This document shows, in pieces, positions 52,145-64,000 of a stretch of DNA of 64,000 bases. Position 1 is the first letter of the stretch, and the number at the start of each line of letters is the position of its first letter. Made by a program: the position numbers and the translations under genes. Source of the stretch: Geosiphon pyriformis uo1. Taxonomy: Eukaryota; Fungi; Glomeromycota. The DNA lies in contig JAAOMT010000233.1 of NCBI GenBank assembly GCA_016748015.1, positions 128,452 through 192,451 on the forward strand, given 5' to 3'. The notes beneath the pieces were generated by a model, which saw nothing but the letters and a program-made list of their open reading frames with translations, had not been told where the DNA came from and ran no database searches.

Positions 52145-53795
52145 GCACACATTAGCAAAAAGCCTTTAAAATTCTGAAGGAAAAATTAGTCACTGAATCA
52201 ATTCTTATATAATTTAATCTAAATTAATCTTTTATTTTTTTCATTAATGCATCTGGTTTTAGATTTAGTGCTGTTTTTTTCCAAAAAGATAAAGATAGCA
52301 AAAAATATATTATAGCTTATGTTAACTAATTACTTTTTTTAGCAGAACAAAACTACTTAGTTACTAAACAAAAATGCTCAACAGTAGTATAAGCTACTAA
52401 TTACTAGAATAAATATCTTTTTGATACCAAATTCTTGGTGGTAACAAATTATTAAGTTTTGGTTTGGTTGTGCAAAAAAAAAGCTGAAACACAAATAAAT
52501 AATTTGCTGAATATTTTACTTGAATAAATTTAACTATAATATATAATATTATAAAAAGTAAATTATCAAAACATTAATGCTTTCTTTAAACTTACTATTT
52601 AGTAATAATACAATTTTTACAACCAAACCAATTTAATTATTAGTAACTTTTTCCTTAATCAAACACAATAATAAATTTAAACAACTATTTTGTCTTAATA
52701 AAATTTTTGGATAAAAAACAATACCTATCAAACTATACTTAACAACAAAGAAAACATTTGCAAAAACAATTCAGAAAACATTTGCTCATTATTATTTGTC
52801 TATCTTGGAAAAAGACATTGTTAATTACATTAAAATCTGTAATACTTACCAGAAAAGAGAAAAAACCAATTGCAAAAAAATATTTATTCAATTTTTGTTG
52901 ATCAACCATTTGACAGAATTGGTATAGATATTGTTAAATCTTTAATAATAACTTCTAATGACAACAAATATATTATTATAGCTACTAACTATCTTACAAA
53001 ATAGATAGAAACAAAAGCTACTTCAGATTAAACAGCAATTTTCATAGCCAATTTTATTTATGAAGATATTATTTGTTACTATAAATGTTTAAAAAACTTT
53101 TATCTAATAAAAATGAACTTTTTTTAGTACACTAATTAAAAAACTTTGTAGAAAAATAGAAATATATTATAAATCTTTTTATTATTATTATTTTTAAACA
53201 AATAGTTTAGTGAAAAATTTTAATATAATATTATATAAAATCTTAACCAAAACTAGTAAAAAAACAAACTTATAGAACAAAGTATTATCTTTAACTTTGT
53301 TTGCTTATAGAATTGTAAATTATATTATAACAAATTATAAATCTTTTTATTTGTTCTATAAATAAATAACAACTTTATCAATAAAATTAAACATTAAAAC
53401 AATGCTCTTTAAAAAGATTACAATAAAGAATTATAAAGATATTTTGCAAAAAAAACTTGGTACTATTCTTAATTTATTGGTAGAAGCATAATTAATTGTC
53501 TTTAAAAAAATAAAACAGTTTTAAGAAAAGCTTAAAAAAAAACTTATAAAACATTTTTCTTAAATATTAGTAACTTAGCTTTAAAATACTGTTAAACAGA
53601 GATAATATTTATAATAATAAATTTTCTAGCTAATAAAAAGGACTTTTTATAGTTAACAAAGTTTTAAACAATGATTCTTATATTTTACAAGATTAATATA
53701 AAACAATCTTTAATAATTACCTTGTTTATAGTATATAATTCAAAAAATATTACAAATAATCTAATTGGTTATCTATTATGATAATACCAGCCTAA
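52145..53795 (+). pseudogene. Element C 3' half: RT connection/RNase H and separate integrase
   Basis: QKAFKILKEKL, INASGF, NINAFFKLTI* (stop 52600-52602), FDRIGIDIV, ATNYLTK; ends WLSIMIIPA*. Continues exactly where the RT at 2117 stops. Confidence 0.8.
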
Positions 53796-54149
53796 ATGAT
53801 CAACAAAAATTAAATATAAATAAATATATTATTTTAAAACAGAAATATTTTTAATTAACATAAACAATTATTTCTTGGACTAAAATATTCAAAATGCTTT
53901 TTATATTTTTTATAAGTATTAGACTAAAAACTATCTAAACACTACTTTGACAATTGAATAACAGATTACTATAACTAATAACAATAGAATACATACTGTT
54001 ATTAGACCAAAAAAAACTACTACCAGAAAAAAAAAATAGTAGTAAAATAGATAAATATATGCTTGAAAGCATAACAGCAAATATATTATTACTTTTTAAT
54101 ATACTTGAAAAAACAATTAAAAAAATTTTGTTCATAGACAAAAACTTAA

Positions 54150-54860
54150 TTACCAGCAAAAAAATTGGTTTAATTTAACCAATTTATATTACAAAACTAT
54201 TTTCAAACAAATAACAACAAAAATAATTTTAACAACTAATTAGTATTTTATAATAACAATTAACAGTTATCAAGATACTTTTATATTTAATTCAGTTTCT
54301 TATAATGCCAAAAAACCAACATTTTATTATACTGTATTCTTAGAAAATAAAATTACAGCATATTAATAAAACTTTTTCTATAATATCATAATTTTATTAG
54401 CAAAAATAGCTAAAAATACCAATATCTTAAACATATTTCTATTTAAATTCAAAGCTAATAAATCACTTTTTTTACTTAATAATACAACTATTTTAAAATA
54501 AAAAACAATAATAGCAATATATACAAAGACTAAAGTTAAAAAAAAATCAATTTAATTAATTCTAAATAATAAATTAGCTGAAAATATTATCACTTATTAG
54601 CTTACACAAAAACTCAAGTGAAATATGAACTGTTCTGCTTAAACAATAATTATTATTGCTGATAGTATAAAAAAAATCTTAGTAAAAAAAATCTTTTACA
54701 ATTAATGAAATTATTATTTTAGTTAAAGTACTAGTTATAAATACATTTTAATACCAAGTTTTTGTTGTAAACAATTGACTTTTTAAAGCCAATGTTAATT
54801 TAGATTAAAAAACACAAGAACTAAAAATTTTATACCAAGAACAATACACTAAAGTACATA
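54150..54860 (+). pseudogene. Fragment of a family A-like gag C-terminus/protease
   Basis: Aligns with A1 ~19745-20460 (FKFKANKSLFLLN, AIYT.TKV, QELKILYQ). Confidence 0.7.
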
Positions 54861-54892
54861 GTATAGTCTTGGTTTGCTAAATAACTGGTAAC

Positions 54893-56062
54893 ATGTAAAA
54901 ATAATATATATTTAGTTAAAATTTTTATAATTTAATAATAAATATTATTTATTTCAAAATAGTTTTTAAAATTAATGAATCACAAATATATATAAAAATA
55001 TTTGGATGGCTAATCACACGTAGTTTGTTGCGTGATTCATAATAATTGCATTATAAGAAAATACTTGGTGATTGGATTACACCGAGTATGCAAAAAAATA
55101 TACATTTTTTAATCCAATCTAAAAAAAACTAAAAAACAGCCAATATTTAAATTCAATATGAACAAATATAAATATAATAATAATATAATTAAAAATTTAT
55201 TAAAAGTATTAAAAATTTAATAAAAACAGCTTTTTAATAATATAAAAAGTTTTATTTATATAATTAACTAAAATTTTAACAATTAAATCAACGATCAAGA
55301 TAATATTTAAATTAATAGTTAATTTTAAAAATTAAANNNNNNNNNNNNNNNNNNNNCTGAATGGCTGGTAACATGTAGAAAGTGCATGAGCCACATTTAC
55401 TTAGAACAGATAGTGATTGGACTTCACTCGTTAAATAAATAAATAAATAAAATTTATTTATTTATTTAAAAAAAATTCAATTAATACCAGAAAATTTATT
55501 TTTGTTTGATAATTATTAATTGTTTCAAAAAATATTTAATTTTAGATATAATATAGAACTTGTTTAATGGATTAAAATGAATAAAAAAATTATTATTTTG
55601 TATTATTTTATGTTAAGTAATTGTAAAATAATATATATTTAGATAAAATTTTTTTAATTTAATAATTAATATTATTTATTTCAAAATAGTTTTTAAAATT
55701 AATGAATCACAAATATATAAAAAAATATTTGGATGGCTAATCGCACGTAGTTTGTTGCGTGATTCATAATAATTGCATTATAAGAAAATACTTGGTGGTT
55801 GGATTACACCGAGTATGCAAAAAAATATACATTTTTTAATCCAATCTAAAAAAAACTAAAAAACAGCCAATATTTAAATTCAATATGAACAAATATAAAT
55901 ATAATAATAATATAATTAAAAATTTATTAAAAGTATTAAAAATTTAATAAAAACAGCTTTTTAATAATATAAAAAGTTTTATTTATATAATTAACTAAAA
56001 TTTTAACAATTAAATCAACGATCAAGATAATATTTAAATTAATAGTTAATTTTAAAAATTAA
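54893..56062. repeat. Near-identical ~440-bp direct repeat (54893-55335 / 55622-56062) flanking a 21-N gap
   Basis: Direct comparison shows only a handful of substitutions. Confidence 0.85.
55357..55452 (+). mobile_element. LINE 3' UTR fragment with (TAAA)n tail
   Basis: ctgaatggctgg..a.at.tagaaag.gcatga matches the reverse complement of 6847-6879; followed by taaa repeats. Confidence 0.7.
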
Positions 56063-58961
56063 AATAATATAATAGAATCAATACATAATAAACATAATAA
56101 ATACTATAAATTGTTTACTTTATCTTTTTGACCAGTAATTAAAATTAATTATTCTAAATTATCAAATTCATAATTTTTATTAATTTATATATGTTAAGTT
56201 TTAAATTAGTTGTAATTTACAATACAAAAAATAATAATTTAATGTATTTAACTGATTCATAAACATTAATTTATTAATATTTATAAAAATATACTCAGAT
56301 TTTTTCTATTGTTATTTAGTTATTTACTCAAAATTTTAAATTAGTATAATATTTTAATTATAAAAAGTGCAAAAATTATTGATTGCCCATGATTTTTGGA
56401 GATTAATTGTTTCTTACATTTTTTAAAAGATTATAACCTACTCTTAAGTTTTGTTAAACATATTAGAAATAAAAGTAATTGATATTTTATTAGTTAAATG
56501 ACTTGTATATCCAAAACTTTCATGTATTCAGTCTTTTAACAATAAAAAAAAAGTTCAAATTATTATTACTTTTATTACTAAAAAAATTACATTTTGTAGG
56601 AAAAATTTAGAGATTGTTCAAAAAATAGATTTTGTATAAGAATAAAGTTATTTTGTTTACCTACTAGATTATTGTATAAACTGAAAATTACCTAAATGAA
56701 AAAAAGGAGAGTAAAAATCTTCCTTCTATTTTAATGGTTTTTCTGTTGGATAAATAAAAAAGGCATTTATTTTATATCCACTTAAATATTTGTTTTCGGC
56801 TGCTGAATGGTTTGAAAACTCTATTCGTTATAGACAGATAAATATTTTGAATACAATAAATTGCATAGCAAAAAACTCAAATGAGTCACACAAGATGATA
56901 AAACAGAAATAGAAGAATTCATAAAATGAAAAATATTTAATATGATTAGCAAAAAGTAAGAATTGCTATATTTTTTATGTTAAAAAATTTTTAAAAACTT
57001 TTACTGAATTCCTGCAAGATATTGATTTTTTTCCAAATATTCAGAGATTTTATGGTCTTGGTAAAACTATTAAAGGCATTTATTCTCAAGGCTCTATGAT
57101 GAAATTATTTTATCAAATTCTAACTTATTTTATGAAAATGGTTTAGATGATGCTTTAACTTTTTTTAAGAAGTATTTATGATTCATTTGAATTAATATCT
57201 ATTTCTGAAACTTGCTACAACTTAATTTTTTGACTTTTTTAAACTACATTAGTTTGTCATTGTTATTAATAAACATTAATTTTTTGCATATTAAACTATA
57301 TTCGCCTAGCGTAATATAATTAATCTAAAAACAATTAAATTTTGAAAAGGCTGAATTTAATAAACTGTGAAAATAAAAAAAATTAAATTCTCAGATATGG
57401 TTAAAATCCAAAACGCTTTCTTGAACATATGAAAAATAATTTTTATTCCGCTAAAATAATATTTTGGGTGGTTTAAAAAAATATAAATAATTAATTAAAT
57501 TTCTATTATCTTTGAAATTTATGACCAAGCCCTTTTACTTAATGACAAACAAATTAAAATAGTTCAACAATTATAGATATAAATAAGGATATTTTAATTT
57601 AATTGTTAATTTACCTTGTAAATTTTCATTTTGCTATTAAAGTTATTCTCAAATAAGAATATCAAGGAATTCAAATATGCAGTAGATTATATTGTGATAT
57701 TGTGATAAATTCAATTTGCATAAAGAGAGCTTTTTTTAAAAAAATCTTTTGTATATGCGATTAATAAAATTCTGATAAAATACTTTAAAGTGAAAAATTT
57801 CAATTTAATAATATATATTTATTATATTATTATTATTTACAAAATATCATTAACATTGTTGATATATGTTAAGTATTATTGATAAAATCTATTATCATTA
57901 AATTTACCGTTGTAACTAATTAAACTAGTTCTGTACTGAATAATTATTTAAATTTCTATCTTGACATTTCTTATGAGGAAAGGTAATTTTCTTCCATTTC
58001 CGTGAAGATTTTTTAAATTTTAAATTTAATTACATGGGGCTCTATTATGGAAAAAAAATTGAAAATTTAGAATGATGAAATTAAAGCATTTGAAATTCTG
58101 ATGCGACAAAAAGTTGGATAATTTATATAGTTATTTTAGAAGTCTCAAATCTAAAGGGCATATAGAAACATATATACAATATAGCATGCATCGGTAATGA
58201 AATAACGAGATTAAAAAAAAAGAGGCTAAAACTCTGTAATGTAGAGAATTAAATAAATATTCTCAACATAAAACGATTCTAATTGGGAGCTTTTTTGGCA
58301 ACTCCAAAGAATAAAGCAGTGTAGTCTCAATTAACTTTAAAATATTTATTTGTTAAAAGCTGGATGTAGGTGCACATTATCCATGAAATATACTAAGCTT
58401 GATAGACTAGCTAGAATTTTTTTACTCAGTTTGATTCTGAGGCCTGGCCAAAATTTTATATTTTCATTTTGCGATTACTTGCTGCACCTTAACCATCCAA
58501 ATAATATTTGGAAAGAAAGAATCGCTCTAGTATGATATGGTAAAAAATAATAATAATCAATTTACTTTTCCTTTTTAAACTATTAATTTTGTTTATTAAA
58601 AATATGTGTATATTATTGTAAATTAAATATATATGTTTCTTTGAACAGCATTATTTTTTTTAGAAATAACTTTTCTTTTTAACATAGAACTGGCAGTATA
58701 AATCATAATCAATGAGATTAACATGAAAAGTAAATATGTTGTAGTGTTTCGGCAATTTGCAAAGCCTATTGCCTTATTCACTGGAAATCGGTAATTGGGA
58801 ATCGTCGTTGTCGTTGTTGGGAATCGTTGTGCCATCAATCCTGTGTTCCTAGCCCCGTTCTAACTGCCTCTGTTACGTCCGCACTTACACCTCCCCCAAA
58901 AACAACTCCTCTACCAAATCCTATAATGCGCCTGTTGATAATTGCCATTGTCATCGTGCCA

Positions 58962-60444
58962 TCAATCCAGCTCAAGATCTGAATATTTTACTCTCTTTGG
59001 CTCAGGAGTAAATTCAGATCTGGTGCGAGATTTGATGGCTTTTTTGGGGAGATGAGGCAAGCCAGTTAGCAAATCCCTATTTTGCCTGGCTCCTTCTCTG
59101 TTAAGCAATGCTTTAAGAGTCATCACATCTTGATATACAAATGTTTTCAAGTACACCATTAACTTGAATGCATTTATGATGTCAACCTCTTAATTTCCAG
59201 TGTGAAATTTAAAAATGACATTTTAAGCATGATAGGTATATAGTAAAGTCCTATCTGCTTCATTGTAAAGTGCTTTTATCAAACCCAACTGAATAGTAGT
59301 CCCATTCATGAGATCAACATGCAAGCAGGTTCTATTTACTTCTGCTTCTGTCGTATAAGGAGCAGTAGCAAGAAACTTATTATATTCAAATATAGTTTCT
59401 GCTATAACAACCATTTCATCCTTATGTATGGTGAATCCATTTGCCTCAAATTCAGCAATAAAAAAGGAAATTGCTGCTCCAAATTGTTGAAGACAACAGC
59501 TGTAAAATCTGATCTTGCAGAATCTTTTCTACTATTACCAGGAATTTGGTGCTGATATTCCCAGTTTGTGTCGATACTTTCTGAACCTATCAGGAAGGTA
59601 TCTTGGAAAAGTTTTGTCCAGAGTTGTGCCTTAATAGAATTTTCTGAAGGCATACTTCCTGAACCTCTGCTAGGGATCAGTAAACAAAGCGAGACTGCAC
59701 TAATTGCAGAAAAGGCTACCCTTACATCAATGACACAATGTTCTTTTGTGTCAAAGAAACTTGGCACCTGTTCCTGGATGTGGGGCTTTGTGTTTTTCAC
59801 AATGCCTTTTGCAATTAGATCACCCATAATTGCAGCTGGATATTGAATCTGCTCATTGGAACTATCTTTGAAGACAAGCTCCAATAAAGACACGTTAATA
59901 GATGGTGTAGGCAAAGATGTGCTGATGGATTGAATGCCTATGAAGAGAGACCAGTCTACAACAGACCAGGTAAGCATTGCAGATAAATGCCTACCCCTTT
60001 ATGATTGCTCTTAATTGTGGTGATTCCTCATCTCCTCAAGGATTCTTCTGTAAGACAGGAGTGTAACAGCAACAGACGGCGTGAATAGTAAAATTTCATG
60101 TAGTGGGTCGTTGGGAGGTGTTTGTGAGCTGTCAGGAGAGAAATTTGGGGGTTCTTCGGCCGACGATTGGTTTTTTTAAAGTTTCAATGCATCTCGCATT
60201 AAAACTGCTGCTCTACATGGCATTGAAATGGCTTTAAATTCTGAACTAAAATTTCTAGGTCAGAATTTAAAGCCTGATGCAACATCTCTATTGTCGCATT
60301 TTCATGTTCCTGCAAGTAGTAAGTGTCCCAGTTATCGGTATGCCCCCACTTGTACACCGCACGCCCCCAATAATCATGGTGGGCAACTTTAGCTAAAGTT
60401 GCTTCCAGTAATCCACCTCTTGGCATTTTTGTTTTTTTTGTCAT
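58962..60444 (-). pseudogene. Disrupted gene, putative PD-(D/E)XK restriction-endonuclease-like domain protein
   Basis: Four colinear minus-strand ORF pieces with normal GC/CpG content. Motif SEN...W...WE...RSDF...FIAEFE...HKD after repairing a frameshift in the A-run at 59460-59465. Family assignment is inference. Confidence 0.5.
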
Positions 60445-61201
60445 AGAATTGGATTATGTTAAGAAAGTTTAAAAAACAAAAATTTACTTTTGCGATTTAA
60501 ATATTCGTTTATAATCAGAAACACCGTAAAATAATTTTTAACGGTCTCTGATTATAAATCATAAACAAAATTATAAATATAAACAAAAAACATTGTTTAT
60601 AATCAGAGACGCATTAAATTATAAATCATATGTTTTTTGTTTATTTTTATCAAATTTTTTTTATTTTAACAAAATATATTAATACATTATCAATATTAAC
60701 TAAATAAAAAAACAAAATTTACAGAAAAAATACCCTATATTTTATTTCACTACAAGTTTTTATTAAATAAATAAGACATGAAAACAATGCTAATATATTT
60801 TATGGCTCCTACTAATATCTCTTCATTTTGTATATGCAACGAACGATTCTAGCTCTATTGGACTCGAATAGTAGTGAACACTAATTTGCCTTAATGTTTG
60901 GAGGCGCTTTCGATTGTATTTTGTTATTGCTTTCGGGTATGAAATATGAACACCATGTTTTTTATGCTGCGGCCATTTATATTATTCAGTCTAGTGTATT
61001 ACGAGATATGGACGCCATATTATTAATGATTGTTCCTGCTGTAACCATTTATTTTGTTCTCTTAACAGACTTTTTAGGCAAGGGGGGAAGACTGAGTTAA
61101 ATGTTGGTCCCACGGTTTAAGGGGGATGTGAATCGTCATGATTTGATTCAGCCAATTATAGGATTTGAAATCATATGACTCAATCCACTAAACGTTCTTT
61201 T

Positions 61202-62835
61202 TATCAATGCCAGTTAAACAATATATAAACTAGCTCAGAACTTTTAAACTAAACTAGTAGTTACCTCTCTCTCTCACTTACCCCTCTCTCTCACTTACCC
61301 CTCTCTCTCACTTACCCCTCTCTCACACTTACCTCTCTCTCTCACTTACCCCTCTCTCTCACTTACCCCTCTCTCTCACCTATCCTTCTCTTTCACTTAC
61401 CCTTCTCTCTCATTTACCCTTCTCTTTAACTTACCTCTCTCTCAAACTTACCCACCAAACTAAGAAGTTGATGTTCAAGTCGTTGAGCATTTGAATGAGA
61501 GCTAAAGGTTAGTATCTTTTCACATTTTTCAGAGGATGTGAGCACTTACTGTGTTTTGATCAGACATATGTGCACACATTGTGGTAGGAAAATGGTCTGA
61601 GATTCGTGCTTATAAGCTTTGCGCTATAAGCTTTATGCTCGGGAAAGTGGAAAATGCTTAAAGAAATTAGCGAAGGTGATTCTTCCTATACTGATAGATT
61701 AGGAAAGAAGAGTCATCCAGTTTTATGTTCACTATGACATGCATATTTTGTTTCACAGCAATTGTGCTATACCTCATTCTAATAGTATGGGGAAGAAGAA
61801 TGTCTGGGTCTTAACTTCTCTGTGGCGTTCACTTTTGCTTTTCTTGGCATGAGATGTATTCCGTGACTACTGGTCAAGTGGGAGGCAATCCAGACTAACA
61901 TATGCTTTCTGTGGTTCGCACTGTCTTATATTGGCTCAATATTTTATTGATCTTCTTTTTATACTATTCTAGACTTAAAGCATAAAGCCAAATAACTGTC
62001 AACTACCTTGCTTTAGTTAACCAAACATGATCAACTTTTTGTTATTTATTGCCTTCTTTTGCTTTACCGTTATCACTTTCCACGGATTTATTGTTCCTTT
62101 TGTCAATGCCAATTAAACAATAAATAAACTAGCTTAGTACTTTTAAACTAAACTAGTAGTTATTTCTCTCTCACTTATTCTTCTCTCTCAACTATTCTTC
62201 TCTTTCACTTACCCTTTTCTTTCACTTACCCTTCTCTTTCACTTACCCTTCTCTCTCATTTACTTTTCTCTTTAACTTACCTCTTTCTCAAACTTACCCA
62301 CCAAACTAAGAAGTTGATGTTCAAGTCGTTGAGCATTCGAACGAGAGCCAAAGATCAGTATTTTTTCACATTTTTCAAAAGATGTGAGCACTTACTGTGT
62401 TTTGATCAGACATATGCACACACATTGTGGTAGAAAAATGGTTTGAAATTTGTGCTTATAAGCTTCGTGCTCGGGAAAGTGGAAAATGCTTAAAGAAATT
62501 AGTGAAGGTGATTCTCCCTATACTATCAGGATAGGGAAGAAGAGTCGTCCAGGTTTTATGTTCACCAAGACATGCACATTTTTGTTTCACAGCAATTGTG
62601 CTATACCTCATTCTAATAGTATGGGGAAGAAGAATGTCTGGGTCTTAACTTCTCTGTGGCGTTCACTTTTGCTTTTCTTGGCATGAGATGTATCCCGTGA
62701 CTACTGGTCAAGTGGGAGGCAATCCAGACTAGCATATGCTTTCTGTGGTTCGCGCTGTCTCATATTGGCTCAATATTTTATTGATCTTCTTTTGATACCA
62801 TTCTAGACTCAAAGCTTAAAGCCAAACAACTGTCA
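61202..62835. repeat. Tandem direct repeat (61202-62001 / 62101-62835) of an unclassified element
   Basis: Two similar copies, T(G/A)TCAATG...ACTGTCA, separated by 99 bp. Confidence 0.85.
61260..61455. repeat. (CTTACCCCTCTCTCTCA)n minisatellite; second array ~62160-62300
   Basis: About 11 visible 16-17-nt units. Confidence 0.9.
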
Positions 62836-63248
62836 GTTAACGAACTTTCTGTTTTTCTTATTTTAAATATTATTCTATCGAATCATTACTTTAAATCGGT
62901 AACTTTTTAAAAATACAATATTAATATAACGCTAGAAACAATCTATTCATGCAATTATTCTTTCGACTATTCCATTTAAATATCAATTTTAAACATGTAT
63001 CCTACAAATCACCTTCCGATTTACCCCGCCAGTAGCTATTGTAAAATTTCCCCCACTTAAATTCCAGTTCTCAAACAATTCAACCATATCACTATTATTT
63101 CCTTGTTCGATCGGATGAAAGATAACAGGTGTACATGTGTGGCCTCACCAATTACCGCCAGGTCATCATCATCCGTTTCAAATTCATCTGATTTTGTTTG
63201 TCACCTCGGGAAATCAAATCCATGATCTGATGTAAAATCTGATCCTCG

Positions 63249-63686
63249 TTATGGACTTTCTTCACCACCTTGGATATTTGGGATACTATACAAGGTTAAT
63301 GGATGAGGTCTTGTTAAAAAAGTTTGATTAGCTGTTGGTATTGGGCCACGTGGTGATAAGAGTAATTGGGTGATTCCGAATGAGGCTCGTGGTCGTAAAG
63401 CTCGATTGCGGCAAAGCCAAAGACCGAAAAATATTAAGCTGATAGCTATAGCCAGAACTAGAACTGAAATAAATACGATTAGCCAGGTTGGCAATCGTGA
63501 CTTGGATGATACTTGGTCTTGATTTGATGGTTCTCCAGATATACCGATTTCTTGATTCCGAATATTTGGATCTGCTTCGTCATTTTCTGCGTTCATATCC
63601 AGATTGTTTATTTTTGGCAGTTTGAAATCGTTAGAAGGAATATTAGTTACAATTTTGTGCTCTTGAGTAAAATTACGAAATGTCAT
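63249..63686 (-). CDS. Putative single-pass membrane protein (may be one exon of a longer or disrupted gene)
   Basis: Hydrophobic WLIVFISVLVLAIAISLIFFGLWL followed by basic CRNRALRPR; CpG retained. GTAAGT donor-like site upstream (~63841), but no clean splice model found. Confidence 0.55.
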   Translation of the reverse strand: MTFRNFTQEHKIVTNIPSNDFKLPKINNLDMNAENDEADPNIRNQEIGISGEPSNQDQVSSKSRLPTWLIVFISVLVLAIAISLIFFGLWLCRNRALRPRASFGITQLLLSPRGPIPTANQTFLTRPHPLTLYSIPNIQGGEESP

Positions 63687-64000
63687 ATTGAAAACTTGGA
63701 GTGTATCAAGGGTATTGTGACATATCTTTTAACGGGCATCTACCATAAATCTAGGGATTAATCTAAGTGGGCACAACTTTTTTTTAGGAAATTTATTTAT
63801 TCAACCGATCCTCTTCAAAAAATGGCAGAATTTTTACTTACGAGAAACGCGGCTGATCTAGAAAATTGAGCAAATGATGCGCCAGACCTCGGGTTCATTC
63901 CAGTAAAGGAAATATTTGCAGTGTGGCTATATCCACAGGGAAAACACTCACAGGAGGATGTCCAGCTTGTCCATTATATACCAGGTAAAAGATAAGATTG

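Noticed and set aside
56100-58700. AT-rich interval
   Set aside because: No ORF, repeat or structure I can support.
60778-61100. Possible small secreted or membrane gene
   Set aside because: No coherent frame or splice model; the 68-aa ORF has no recognisable motif.
61260-61455. Minisatellite as a telomeric repeat or CRISPR array
   Set aside because: No unique spacers, unit is not TTAGGG-like, and it is internal to a eukaryotic repeat.

Overview
Very AT-rich eukaryotic DNA, most likely fungal. The repeat proteins resemble ones I associate with Glomeromycotina, but that is recollection and not verified. Positions 1 to ~55 kb are a deeply nested cluster of decayed retroelements. It holds Ty3/Gypsy LTR elements of four families (my labels A, B, C, L), all with ~1 kb TGT...ACA-type LTRs where the termini can be resolved and 4-bp target-site duplications (TSDs), plus an RNase H-bearing LINE. 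Nesting reconstructed from TSDs: C contains A2; A2 contains L (itself holding a solo A LTR), A1 and B1; B1 contains B2 and a solo L LTR. The youngest copy, A1 (17022-26620), shows an unusual, retrovirus-like organisation that is largely shared by the other copies. (1) A long Gag N-terminal extension appears to start at a conserved GUG. (2) One gag-PR-Cys-rich-dUTPase-RT-RNaseH frame stops after RNase H. (3) Integrase is a separate ORF with its own ATG. (4) A non-env ORF3 runs through the PPT into the 3' LTR. (5) The family A LTR carries tandem covarying RNA hairpins. Three independent TSD/LTR pairs show that window 1-~11433 is inverted relative to the rest. All TEs carry heavy C>T/G>A decay. 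The last 9 kb holds a disrupted nuclease-like gene, an unexplained tandem direct repeat and a single-TM ORF. All alignments were made by eye, so internal domain boundaries are approximate.
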